Shown piece after piece: positions 26,215 through 37,974 of a stretch of 64,000 bases of DNA. This DNA is from Amoebidium appalachense (lineage: Eukaryota; Protista; Ichthyosporea). Positions within the stretch are counted from its first letter, which is position 1. Every line of letters starts with the position of its first letter. A program made the position numbers and the translations under genes. Location of the stretch: the NCBI GenBank assembly GCA_963693365.1, contig CAVNZM010000008.1, positions 248,001-312,000 of the forward strand, written 5' to 3'. The notes below the pieces were generated by a model, which saw nothing but the letters and a program-made list of their open reading frames with translations, was not told the origin of the DNA and did not search any database.

Positions 26215-26486
26215 ATGGGGGGGTGGGGAGGGGGACGGGGGAGGCAATGGTTGGCATGGTGCATGCAGTACAATGAAGACCACAAGGCCAAACCCATGAC
26301 ATCCTGATGGCCCCAGGTAGAGCAGCATGCACTCAGTAGGGGGGCAGGGCACCTTGAACTGGGCAGGCAGGCTCTTGTTGCAGCGCCAGTGGTTGGGCAG
26401 GGGACTCGTGACAAAGTCGGGGCTGCTGGTGGCCACGTGCCTGCCCACGTCAGCATGCGGCCCATCCTCACTGTCCATGGCCCACC
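17129..26486 (-). CDS. RUNX: Runx-family transcription factor: Runt domain, low-complexity linker, IPT/TIG-like domain and ankyrin repeats
   Basis: Minus exons 26486-26353, 26129-25899 and 25700-25625 (Runt); 25212-25147, 24261-24185, 23413-23303, 22869-22785 and 21621-21553 (P/S/M-rich linker); about 21165-21086 and 20040-19856 (IPT); 19479-19406, about 19242-19205 and about 18870-18735; 18506-18394 and 18214-18084 (ANK); 17400 to about 17300 and a possible last exon 17176-17129. Phases chain from the Runt exons to the first IPT exon, and most acceptors have CTRAY branch points. Boundaries around 20.7-21.1 kb and 18.6-18.9 kb and the 3' end are uncertain. Confidence 0.75.
18084..18506 (-). 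CDS. Ankyrin-repeat exons (about 2 repeats)
   Basis: [38 protein letters not shown]|[16 protein letters not shown] is a canonical ANK repeat followed by a capping repeat. Confidence 0.9.
19520..19833 (+). repeat. 35-bp minisatellite (cacacagacatggggatgaatcgcacgtgcacata), about 9 copies
   Basis: Fills most of one intron of the Runx-like gene. Confidence 0.95.
19856..21165 (-). CDS. IPT/TIG-like Ig-fold domain exons of the Runx-like gene
   Basis: [22 protein letters not shown] matches the IPT start pattern (x-I-x-P-x-x-G-P-x-G-T-x-V-x-I). [21 protein letters not shown]...ANTHRFTV matches the IPT end pattern (L-x-C-x-x-P...G-x-V-x-V...S-N...F-T-Y). Pattern recognition only; no HMM was run. Confidence 0.65.
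22088..22770 (+). repeat. 12-bp minisatellite (catgcacacaga/catgcacacaca), more than 50 copies
   Basis: Directly visible; it produces the spurious MHTD/QTCT ORFs. Confidence 0.97.
23062..23195 (-). repeat. Dispersed ~170-bp intronic repeat, copy B
   Basis: Plus strand reads tacgaagtacg...gagtatgaataataaagagagcccatcttcaggggtggctcaggtcat, preceded by a T-run and a G-run. Confidence 0.7.
23777..24105 (+). repeat. 29-bp minisatellite (gcacatgttcatgtgtgggtgcgacatat), about 11 copies
   Basis: Two alternating variants (gcgacat and gctatat) in an intron of the Runx-like gene. Confidence 0.95.
25660..26450 (-). CDS. RUNX: Runt DNA-binding domain (3 exons)
   Basis: [28 protein letters not shown]|[77 protein letters not shown]|[10 protein letters not shown] aligns colinearly with the Runt consensus ([46 protein letters not shown]). 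Confidence 0.97.
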
Positions 26487-26644
26487 CTGCATGCTCCCTG
26501 TCAGCATCATGCACGGGCACAAATGTGGATGGATATGATGACGAGGGGTCACAGTAGCAGCACGTGGATACACAGCCATTCTGCAACATCAGCATGCAAT
26601 GCGATTTCGCCCGGGGAGGGGGGGGAGGGGGGAGGGGGGGAGGA

Positions 26645-26679
<35 letters not shown>

Positions 26680-28166
26680 CTGCAGAGTAAGTGCACGGAT
26701 ACAGAATGATGTGCACAGGCGAGCACCCACAGTGTGCCGCAATTAGCCAGAGACTGAGTCTAACCTTGAGTGGGTGTGTGTGGTGGTGGTGGTGGGGGGA
26801 GGGAGGAGAGGGGGGGGGGGGGGGGGTTTGGAACGTGTCATAGAGCATATGGTGAGCATTCACGACGGACAACACATTGCAGAACTTGCAAAGTACCTGC
26901 CAGGAGTATGCGCCGCAAGCAGAGCCCAGGGGGCCAGTAATCCCTCCTCCCCCCCCCCCCCCTTTTTTTTTTTTTTTTTTTGGGTGGTGGGGGAAAGGGG
27001 GGGTGGGGGGGTGGGGGTCGATGTAATGTTCTGGATGCAGGGAAGCAAAGCAGTGAGCATGGGCCGTGCTCCGTGCACCTACGTGACCCCAACACACATC
27101 AATCCCACTCTGTACCTTGCAATATACTGTGTGCACATGCTTGCATGCTATGGACCACCGGTGAGGGTGGTGGGCAAAGGCTTGCTGCACCTAGTGTATA
27201 TCTGCCTGCATGGCTTTGGTGCCGTCGGCATATACTCGAATTTAGGGTTCACCTATACATCCGTATAGTCTATCCGTATTCAATCTCTTTCGTCCACTAT
27301 ACCACGGTATGCCTATATGCAGAAGGCCACCCTTATATATGTAGGGTATACAGTGTGATCTACTTGTAGCCTATCTGTGCAGTCTATAATCTGTCTACGG
27401 CTTGTATGTCATCAGAATGCACCTCATCTGTAAAGCATAACTATATTTATTGGTACAGATAATGAAAGTTCTGTTTCTGTAGCTTAATTTGTATACAAAG
27501 GAACCGGCAGTGAAATATGATGCTTTTTAACGGTAACAGTTATTGAGTCTGGATGTGGAACATATATGTGTGCATGTCTTGTGTGTCTTCAGAATGTATC
27601 ATATCGGTAAAGCCTATGCATATACACCTGTATCATAATGTATATTCCATCTACATTTCTCTTCTATGATATATCCTGTATAGTCTGCGTCTGTGCATCA
27701 GGAAAAAGTTATGTGCATACGCAATGTGTGTGGAAACGTGATAGAATTGGTAGCAAGTTGTCTGCAATGTGTTTTGTGTTCTGGTTGTGCTGCTCGGGGT
27801 GTTTTGTGTGGTGGGTTTAAGAAGCTCCTTTTTAAGTTCATGTGTGGTGTGGTCAGTGTATGCGTCCGCAATTTAGCATTTTACTCAAGCGTGTTTTTGC
27901 GCTCGTGTGTGCGTGTGTGCGTGTGTGCGTGTGTGCGTGTGTGCGTGTGTGCGTGTGTGCGTGTGCGTGCGCGCGTGCGTGCATGTGTGTGTGTATGCAT
28001 GTGGGTGTGGGTTTCTGAGGGGTAGGGGGATTAGGGAGGGGGGAAAGGGGGGGAGGGGGGGAGGGGGCATGTGTGTGCGCGTGCGTGTGTGTGTGCATTC
28101 GTGCATATTTTTTTGTGTGTGCCTGTGTGTGTGCCTGTGTGTGTGTGTGTTTGTTTGTGTGTGTGT

Positions 28167-28205
<39 letters not shown>

Positions 28206-28221
28206 CGTGTGTGTGCATGTG

Positions 28222-28306
<85 letters not shown>

Positions 28307-28336
28307 GGCGTGCGTGCGTGTGTGTGTGTGCATGTG

Positions 28337-28413
<77 letters not shown>

Positions 28414-29525
28414 CGTGCGTGCTTGCGTGTGTGTGCATGTGGCGCGCTCGTGTGTGTGTGTGTGTTGTTTAACCATTTTTGTGTGCTTCGGCAACGTACG
28501 CTGGTGGTATTGCAAAACTGATATACAATAAAATACAATACAATAAAAAGAAGGTCATATGTATTCGTACACAATGACGATTATTTTTGTGGTGCTTTTA
28601 ACCATCTTTATATTTTTTTGAATTGGTTTGTTTGTTTTTGACTGGGGAAGGGGGGAGGGAGGGGGGGGGGGGGGGGGGGGGGGGGGAATACGATGTGTGA
28701 CTTGTGCTGGAGGGGGGGGGGGGGGGGGGCAGTAATTGAAAATTTGACATATTTTCGTGTGCGCGTCCTCAATGCCCTTGTGTGTGAAATGATCCAGCAG
28801 CCGTGTGTCGTTGAGTAAATGTGGGCAGGTTTTCGTGTGTGCATGAGTGCAGCAAGCAGGTGTGCACGTGCATGTGCAGCTATCAATCTGGAGGGTTTTA
28901 CTGCGCACCTTTTTTTTTGTGTGCCATGTGCGGGTGTGTGCTCATGATGGTTTGTGTGTGTGCGGACCAGGATGTGGTACAGTGAATGTAACAGTTTGAG
29001 TGTTTGTTTGTGCATGGGTGTAGGGCCTGTTTGTGCAACTCCTCCGAACTTTTATGCAGCACTCATGTGCACTGCATGTAGCTCAAGTGTGTGCCACGGA
29101 CCCAATGTGCCACCTTGTGAATTTTGTATATGTGTTCACCATGTTGTATGCACACGTGTGTGTGCCTGCACAAGTGTGTGTGCGGTGTGGATGCGCGTAC
29201 ATGCAAAGGTGCACACTACCGAATGAATCATGGGCATGCAGGGTTGTACTGTGTGTGTGCATCTGTGTATTGTTGATGATATTTGTGCACATTTTCAGAC
29301 GTTCTGCAGGGCGTTGCCTTCAACTCAAATGTTATGTAGCTTCTTCACGTGCTCGAACCATATCGTGCAGCCAAGGACCATGTGTGCTACCTCAGTCACC
29401 TAATTGCTGCAGGGAAAAAGCACGTGAATGCAAGGCTAGGTTTGTGTATGCAGCCCTATGTGTGCGGCTGCTTTCTGTGCACATGCATGCAGATGTGATG
29501 AAGAACACACACGCACAGAACACAC

Positions 29526-29649
29526 CTTCAAGCGGTGTATCCATCTGGGTGACACGCCCGGTCAAGGGCTCTGCGTCGTGTGCGGCTATACCCGTTGCCG
29601 AGTCATCCTGCGCATGCCCCTGCCTGCCTACCCGCGTATGCAAGTACAT
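29526..29649 (-). CDS. Candidate upstream coding exon of the Runx-like gene
   Basis: MYLHTRVGRQGHAQDDSATGIAAHDAEPLTGRVTQMDTPLE ends in a phase-1 donor (gaag|gtgtgt) that fits the phase-1 acceptor at 26486. No homology support; ATG 26478 is an alternative start. Confidence 0.35.
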
Positions 29650-30952
29650 GTGACACCTTTCTGCCTGCTTTCGTGTGTATGCACGTGAAATCCGAGACTA
29701 AAAACAGACCAGGAATAACAGCAATATTGCCCGGACTACGATATTGTGCAATTGTAAATCTAAACACCAGTCAGTAGTCGATAGATCCAAGGTTGGCTAA
29801 GCTACTGGGAAATAAATTGATATCCTTTACCCTACAAATACGATGCAGTCAGATGATTCTTTCTTTGGCTTTTTCGAGTCGCTGTGGCCCGTTCAATCTC
29901 TAGTCTATTTTTTTATAAGTGTACCTGAGTGTGTGCTGGGCCGGAGCCTCTGTCCTGTGTGCGCTACCAACTATGAATCAGGTCGAACTTCAGAACCCAA
30001 CAAAAAAGCCTTACATGGTGCGTGATTTGTTCATATGACTGTCGCCTTTATATTATAAAAGTGACCGATACACTAATCAACATCCAAAATTACAACACAT
30101 TATTTTATCCCTGTAACCTGGTTTCAAACCGAAAAAGCATATGGGTTGTTCATTGGCTCAGAGCGGTTCAATGTTCTTAGAATTAGATGACATGAGTCCA
30201 ATCAAACAAGCGGATCTTTAAGGGCAAATTGATATGGTGATACGGTCTGGACCAATCGCTGCTGCCCGCCACGGGCTTGAACCGTGCACCGTGACATGTA
30301 CACTACCGCTGTTTTTTGTTCATGGGTACGTGCACGGGACGGCCCAGCATTACCAAATTTATATATTACCAGGGCTGATAATGCCCACGGCATAGCACGC
30401 CATGCAACCGCCTACGCAGCCACACCCCCTCCACAGGCACAAAGGTGCCGGCCGCGCAGCCCCACCTGATAATATGATCTGCGCCGTATGAGCAGCGTGA
30501 TGCAATTGTTAATGCATCATATACATATGAGCAGAGAAGTGTTAATATTGGTGTGCATTCTAAACCCAATATAAATTAACACCTTCATTCATCTACTTTT
30601 ATAGTATGTAACCGTGGTCCGGCGCATACATGTATACAATAGCAATAGGTATGATCCATACATACATACGTGCGTGCACCATGCATGACTCAAGTTATCA
30701 TGCACCGTGACGCGCGCTGCATGATCCGGTCACTGTGGCCAATCGACGTTTGTGTGTGTGTGTGTGTGTGTGTGTGAGGGGGAGGGCGGCGGGGCCGGGG
30801 GAGGAGGGGGGGAGAGGGAGGGGGAGAGGGAGCCCCCCGTGATCACACCCCCCGCTCCCTCCCTCCCCCTACCCCCTTCCCCCCCTCCCCCCTCCCCTCC
30901 CCCCTTCCCCCCCCCTCCCCCTCCCCCCCCCCCCCCCCCCCCCCTCCCCCCC

Positions 30953-30983
<31 letters not shown>

Positions 30984-31354
30984 AAAAAAAAAAAAGGAAA
31001 GAATTCGAAAGAAAAAGAAAAAGAAAGAAAAAGGAATGAAAGGCCTAGGAACGTCGAGATTGACCATGTGCCCCCCCCAATTTTCTTTCGCGGGAGGAGG
31101 GGGGGGGGGGGGGGGGGGGGAGGGGGGGGGGGGGGGGGGGGGGGGGGCACGTGTACAATCTTGGTCCCTGGCTCTCAAATCCTCTTTTTATATTTTCTTT
31201 CGTTAATTTTCTTTTTTGCACAGACTTCGTTTCAAAAGCCCAACTCCCCCCTCCCCCCCTCCTCTCCCCATGTTTTTTTTTGCAAACCCCCCCCCCCCCC
31301 CCGCCCCCCTGCCTCCCGGTCCCTTTTTTTATTATTACTACATTTTGGTTTCAC

Positions 31355-31387
<33 letters not shown>

Positions 31388-31672
31388 CGGTGTGTGTGTG
31401 CCGGTGTGTGTATGGGTGGGTGGGTGGGTGGGTGGGTGGTGGTGGTGGTGGTGGTGGGGGGGGGGGGGGGGGGAGGGGGGGAGCTGGATGAAGTGCTCTA
31501 CTTCTCAAGCCATCGAATTTGCGAGCGGTCGGGGGAAGAGAGAGCCCGTAAAAAAAAAAAAAACTCGAGGCGTCGACTATGCATATTTTCCGTCCTTTCT
31601 TTTCTTTCTTTCTTTCTTTCACTAACAGGGGAAGAGGTGGTCTGGCTTTTCGTGCTAAGCCCTCCCCGGCCC

Positions 31673-31714
<42 letters not shown>

Positions 31715-31875
31715 ACACACACACACAAAGCTTACTCCCCCCTCCCCCCTCCCTTTCTTCCCACCCCACAAAAAAAAGGTTCCGAATAATAGTGCAACAA
31801 TTGAAAAAGTTGTTTGTCCTACGGTAGGCCCGGGGGGGCCGAAAGGGGCTCAGCGGCCTGGCCTAAGCTACCCCC

Positions 31876-31933
<58 letters not shown>

Positions 31934-32427
31934 ACAAAAAAAAAAAAAAAAGAAAGGAAAGAAAAGAAAAAGGCCTTTAACATCCCCCTTCCCCTCTAGA
32001 GGTCCACGTTTATCTCTCTAAATCTCCCCCCCTCCCCCCCCCCCCCTCCCCCCCCCCCCCTTCCCCCTCTCCCCCTTTGTTTAAACACGCGGAGAAGTAG
32101 TGAGGGGGAGAGGGGGGTTGTCAATATCTTGGTGAAATAGTCTCAAACATTTTCGTTTAGAGGCTTATGTGAAACAATCTGGCCACGCCTATGGCTTCCA
32201 TCATATGATAGTATAGGGAGATTGCTTCTTTTTTCCCCCACCAAAGTAGACATAGCCCAACTTGCTATCATGATGTCTCTGGGCTCTGAATGGGGAGGCT
32301 GCCCCCCCTTCCCCCCCCCCTCCACCCCCCCCCCCCCCCTCCCTCCTCCCTTTTCCCACCTCCCCCCCTGAGTAATGCCGGAGACGCTCAGTCGTTCGCA
32401 TGATGTGTTGTGTGCGCGTGATCACTG

Positions 32428-32460
<33 letters not shown>

Positions 32461-32642
32461 AGGGGGGGGGGGGGGGGGGGGGGGAGGGGAGGGGGGAAGA
32501 AAGAGAGGGTGAGACGAAGGAAGGGGCCGGGTCTGTGCATGCAGCAAGACCTCCCAAATAGCACTGGCATGCAGTCTGAATGTTTTCAACTGATCACAAT
32601 TTCTGTGTTGGTGTTAGCTAGTGTTAGTTTGTGTGTGTCACG

Positions 32643-32704
<62 letters not shown>

Positions 32705-32830
32705 TGGTTTTCAAATTATATGGACCTGTGTGTGTGTGTGTGTGTGTCTATTGGTTTTCAAATTAGATGAACATGTGTGCGTGTGTGTGTGCGTGTGTGT
32801 GTGTGTGTGTGCGTGTGTGAGTATGTATGA

Positions 32831-33503
32831 TACGTACATATGAAGCATTTCCAGATACATGACTGCATCGGATCCCCCCCCCCCCCCCCCCCCCCCCCCC
32901 GGCTCCCACCCTGGATTACACCAATTGCAAAACAGGAAAAAAACGAGAAGAGAATTGCTATTGACGTTCCGAATGTTCTAATACGGATGGATATTTTGTT
33001 TCACTTTACCAAAGTGCTTGCTGTATCCCCCTCCTCCCCCCCCCTCCCCCCCTCCCCCCCCCCCCCCCCCCCCCCCCCAAAAATAAATAAATAAATAAAT
33101 AAAAACTACATGGTACTTGCCGTCGGCAACATGAACCTCGACCCGGGGATCTCATCATAGTCCAATGCACATATGGCGGTCCAGACGTGTGGTTCACTAC
33201 GTCTGTTGCATCCATTGAAGCTACTACAGATTTTGAGCTTAAGGGAATGCAGCTATGTTTTTCTACGTGCTCAGTTACTGTAGTGATAACTGCTGGAAAT
33301 GTTGATGCCCTCTTGCTAGTCACTCGCAAATGTGGCTTCCCACATCTTAAAGCCCCTTTTGTCCCACTCCAACTATTAGGAGCGTGTTTGGGCAGAGCTT
33401 CAAAGTGAAACAACCCATCCATCCATATCAGAAAATTTGGAACGTCAATAGTCTCTCGTCTCGTTTTTCCCGTTTTGGTGTAATTCAGGGCGGGAACCGG
33501 GGG

Positions 33504-33542
<39 letters not shown>

Positions 33543-33588
33543 GGAATCCGAGACAGTCATGTATCTAGAAATGCTTCATGTGTACGTA
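32831..33588. mobile_element. Foldback/MITE-like element with about 180-bp imperfect inverted arms
   Basis: Arm 32831-33007 (tacgtacatatgaagcatttccagatacatgactg...C-run...ctattgacgttccgaatgttctaatacggatggat...tgtttcacttt) matches the reverse complement of 33402-33588. Both outer ends are TACGTA. Confidence 0.6.
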
Positions 33589-36294
33589 TATACGGGTGGA
33601 GGCCAGAGGGAGATGATCACATACCAGAATAATACCCCAAACGTTTCCAGGCAAATCAAACCGTGTGCATAGATAGATTCTTACCATCAGGCCCTTCCAC
33701 ATCTTCGGCACGTAGGAGCAGGAGAAAATGAATGTCGTAGGTGCTGATAGTGTGTGCATGCACGGGCAAGGGACACTCCTGGAAAAAAGGGAGGGGCCGG
33801 GGGGGGGGGAGGGGGTTGTTGTTGTGGCGGTGGCGCTGGTGGTGGTGGGGGGGTGGGGGGGGGGGGGGGGGGATTCCTCGAACACTTGAAGCAAAACTAT
33901 ACATACAGTATAGGCAAATGAACACATGGACAGTCTCTTGCTACGACTTTGTTTGATTCAGCAAGAGGGATATTGAAGCGGCCTTAGCCTATGTTGGTCC
34001 CTCATTCTGCATCGCCCGTCAAAAGGGCCACCCGAAAGCTGGTGAAAGCCCTGGCCATGGAGAGATAAAATTGCATGTTAGTATATACATGCAATGTTCG
34101 AGTCAACAGGCAGCCCACCTGGATGTGCACAAACAGACACATGTCAGGAAAATCACTTTTCTGCACATGATTGTGGCAAAACATGGTCTACAGTTTATTA
34201 CCTCTGGCACTCCCATAACGGCTCCAAATTACAGTAATCTTTACCGTTTATTTAGTCTTTTTTTTTTTTTTTTTTTTTTTTTTTGCCTTCATTTTTATCA
34301 CTTCCACCTCCCCCCCCCCCTCCCCCCCCCCCAACCACCCACCCCCCTCCCCCTCTCCCCTCCCGTGTCCCCTCCGGGGCCCCCTCACTCGGGCCCCTTT
34401 CTTCTTCATGTGTGTGTTTGGGGGGGGGGGAAGGGGGGGGAGGGAGGGGGCAGCAGCACTTGGTTACCACGGATTCACATAATTGGAATTTGATTTCGAG
34501 CCATAACTGCTTATGGTGTGTACACGGTCTCACAAAGTGCGTGTGTGTGTATGTATGTGTGTAAGCCATTGCATGCGTGCATGTGAGTTCTTGTGGTGTG
34601 GGTGAAGCCATCTGCATGTGCATGTGCTGTGACACTGTGCGTGTGCACGTGTGTGGGTGTAGGTGTGCTTGGGGTGAGCAATATTATGTGCATAGATAGA
34701 TTCTGACTATCAGGCCCTTCCACATCTTCCGAGCATAGGAGGAGCTTTCTTTCTTTCTTTCTTTTTTCTTTTGGTGGGGATAGCCGGAGAGGTACCCGTG
34801 GGGGTGGAGGGGGGGGGGGGGGGGGGTAGGGTAGGGAGGGTTAGTTCTGGTGGGGAAGAGGGTGGTTGTACGTGGGTGTGGGGCGGGTGGATGGGGTGAA
34901 CTACTGGGGAGAGCAATTAACAAACTTTTTGAGGGGAGGTCCCCCCCCCCCCCCAAAGCTCGTTTTTGTGTGTTGAGTATGGAGGGGTCCCGGGAAGTTG
35001 TGGAGATAAGTTCAAAAATCAAGGGAAACGTTGGGGGGTGGTGGTGGTGGTGAAGGGGGGGGGGGGGGGGGGGGGGGGAGGGGGGGGGGGGGGATGAGAA
35101 TGAGTCATAATCATTGGGAAATAAAACTTCAGTAGGCTAGGACATGCATGGGGAAAGTAACAAACTTTGATACCGTACGTTAAGCGTGTGAACCACTTTA
35201 CCGGAAGTATCGGCATGAAAACCAGAGCCAGAGACGCACACGGTGCAACCACGGCTGTCTCTGAATATGTTGACTTCCGAATAAAATCAGTGCAAACCAT
35301 AATGGCCACATCTCTTGCACACCACCGATAATGTGCACAGGTGCATGTGGCCGCACAGCTGGTGCATTGGTCTGTATCATACTTACATGGATGTACGCAC
35401 CACAGTGCCTATGCAGCATGGATGATACGATGCACGAATGGCCGTGTATGAGTATGAAGCAACGAGCGGATCGGGGGTCAAATGCGTGACAGAACATGAA
35501 GCCACACAGGTCACACCAGACATGCACACGTGCAAAAATGACCCCGCAACTCTGAGATACGTAATGCCGATACTCGAAGCGTGCACAGGGTATGCGGGCT
35601 GTGCATTGGGCAGAGGATAAGGCATGTGAGGGCTGTGTAGTTGCTAGAACAACATGCACGTAGTTGTGTGTTTTCTGGCCAGTGTGCTTTGTATTGGTTG
35701 GAATATGTAGTGCGTGTTCTGTGTAGTGGCCAGCATAGCATGCGCATGGCATGTGGGCCATGCAATAGCATGCATACTGTGTGTGTGTGGTATGTGTGCT
35801 GTGCAGTAGCATGCATACAAGAGCATGCATACATAGTAGCATGCACATGGCTGGGCCGCATTGCGCTACCACTGACTGTATTTGGCACGGCTGTACCTGG
35901 CCATTGCCTTGGGGCCCTAAGCGGCCATGCACCAGGCACGGTTTGGTCCGGCTGCCGGAATGGGCCGTGCACACTATGTCCCTTCCACACCAACCCCGCC
36001 CCTATGTCTCTGACTGCTGTGTGTGTTCGTGAGATGATCTTATGCGGCATGGTGCCTGTGTGTCTGCATGCATGTGTTTGCGTTTGTAGATGATTTATAC
36101 CAAAATGATGCTTGCCGGTACCTATGTTACCTGCAACATTTAAAACAAGCAAATATAAATCATATATGTGTCAGTAATATATATATATGGTAGCAAAATC
36201 ACGCGCACCCCCTGTGCCACGTGCTATAATTACACTATTTACGGATAGGAGCTATCTTTCGGAACCAGATGATGCCCCTGTTGAAAACTTCAGG

Positions 36295-37939
36295 CTAGGC
36301 TGCGCAGCTTACTCGGTCGAGCTTGTGCTTTGTCTGCAGGAGGGAGGAGAGGTAGATTCTGAACAGTCAGTGTTGTGCGTGGTGGGAGGGTTAGTGCAGA
36401 TGGAGTGGCATGCGTAGGGGGGGAAAGGTGTGTGTGTGTGTGTGTGCGTGTTGTGCATGGTGGGAGGGGGTGTAGTGCACGGTAGATGGGTTAATGTAGA
36501 TTGATGTGTGCATAGTGGGAGAGTTAGTGTTGTGTGTGGTAGGTGCCTACAATGTGCATGTTGAACATGCTCAGTGTTGTTGGGTGGCTGTAACAGCATG
36601 CAGGGGTCACAGGCAGTAAGGCAGGACAGAGCATGGGCAGGCTAAATCTACCAACACAGGCACACGGCATGCCTGACCGGCTGTTTGTGCATATTACTGT
36701 GAGAGCGTGACCCCGACAACAGTGTTAATCATGTTACGTGACCCCGCCAACAGTTTTAATCACGTGTGCATGGGGGGTACGTACCACCCAGTATGATGTG
36801 GCGTGGTGGGCCAGGCCGTTCGCCTTTGCATAGTCCTCCACGTCAAACCGCTCACGTGACTGGATCTGCAGCTGCAGTGCCTGCGGCTTGGTTTGCCTGC
36901 AACCACGTGTTAGACACGTGCTCACTCACATTCCACTGTGTGCAGCTATACACAGCTGAAACCTGCCTAGTCCATTTTGTTTGATACATGGTGATTGGCT
37001 GAACTTGCCTCACCAAGTCACATCAAACTCGGAGACAAGAAGATCACAGGAAAAATGATGGTACGAGAGACTGCCACGGTGTCAGAGATATGCAAATGGT
37101 CGGTGAGCAAAATACACTATTTCTAAGACCTATACACATACTTATGAATATATCACCAAGTTTCGAGATTATGGCCCATTTTACCTTATGATAAAATTTC
37201 ACTTTGCGAATCTCTAAATACGAGTGAGCGATTAGTTGAAGTTGGATGACAAGAAAGGCATATGCATGCCAATGATTACCACACGTCGAACCCGTCCGAG
37301 TGCTCGTTCAAAATACAGAAGCGTGTATGATTAAAAGGCTTTGTATTTCAGAGCATTGTGGCCACTTGTGTTTGAATATTCATGGATATTCTAAAAGCGC
37401 AGTATGTTTGAAAATTCATGGATATTCTTAAAGCGCAGTATGTTTGAATATTCATGGATATTCTTAAAGCGCAGTATGTCTAGAGGATAAAATGGCAAAC
37501 AGGCCCCTTCCCCCCCCCCCCCCACACACACACACACACACACACTCACCCAATGTGTGCTAGGAGAGGAAGCATTGCCTGTACACGCATGCACACACGG
37601 TATGTTGCCAAGTATTAGGACAGGTCTGCCATGGAAACTAATACTTGCACGACTGCACCTCTTTTTGCATGCTCACAGGGCGGCATGCGGCCACATACCT
37701 GTAGGCCAGCACGTAGTAGCGGTGGCAGCCCGAGTTCATGGGGGGGCTGGGGGCCTTCCAGCCCGTGGTGTCGGGGCTGGCCGAGGCCAGGCCGGCCATG
37801 TCCAGCCACGTGATGTTGTGCTCCAGCATGGCCCCCGGCACGTTGACCAGCCCCAGGTGCAGGTACGGCGCACTCGTCGCCATGCTGGCCGTCCTGCAGC
37901 CCACAGCGTGAGTAAGATAGGCGGTGGTAGTGGAGGAGG

Positions 37940-37974
<35 letters not shown>

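Noticed and set aside
26700-30700. Runx autoregulatory TGTGGT sites
   Set aside because: The motif arises constantly by chance in GT-rich DNA.
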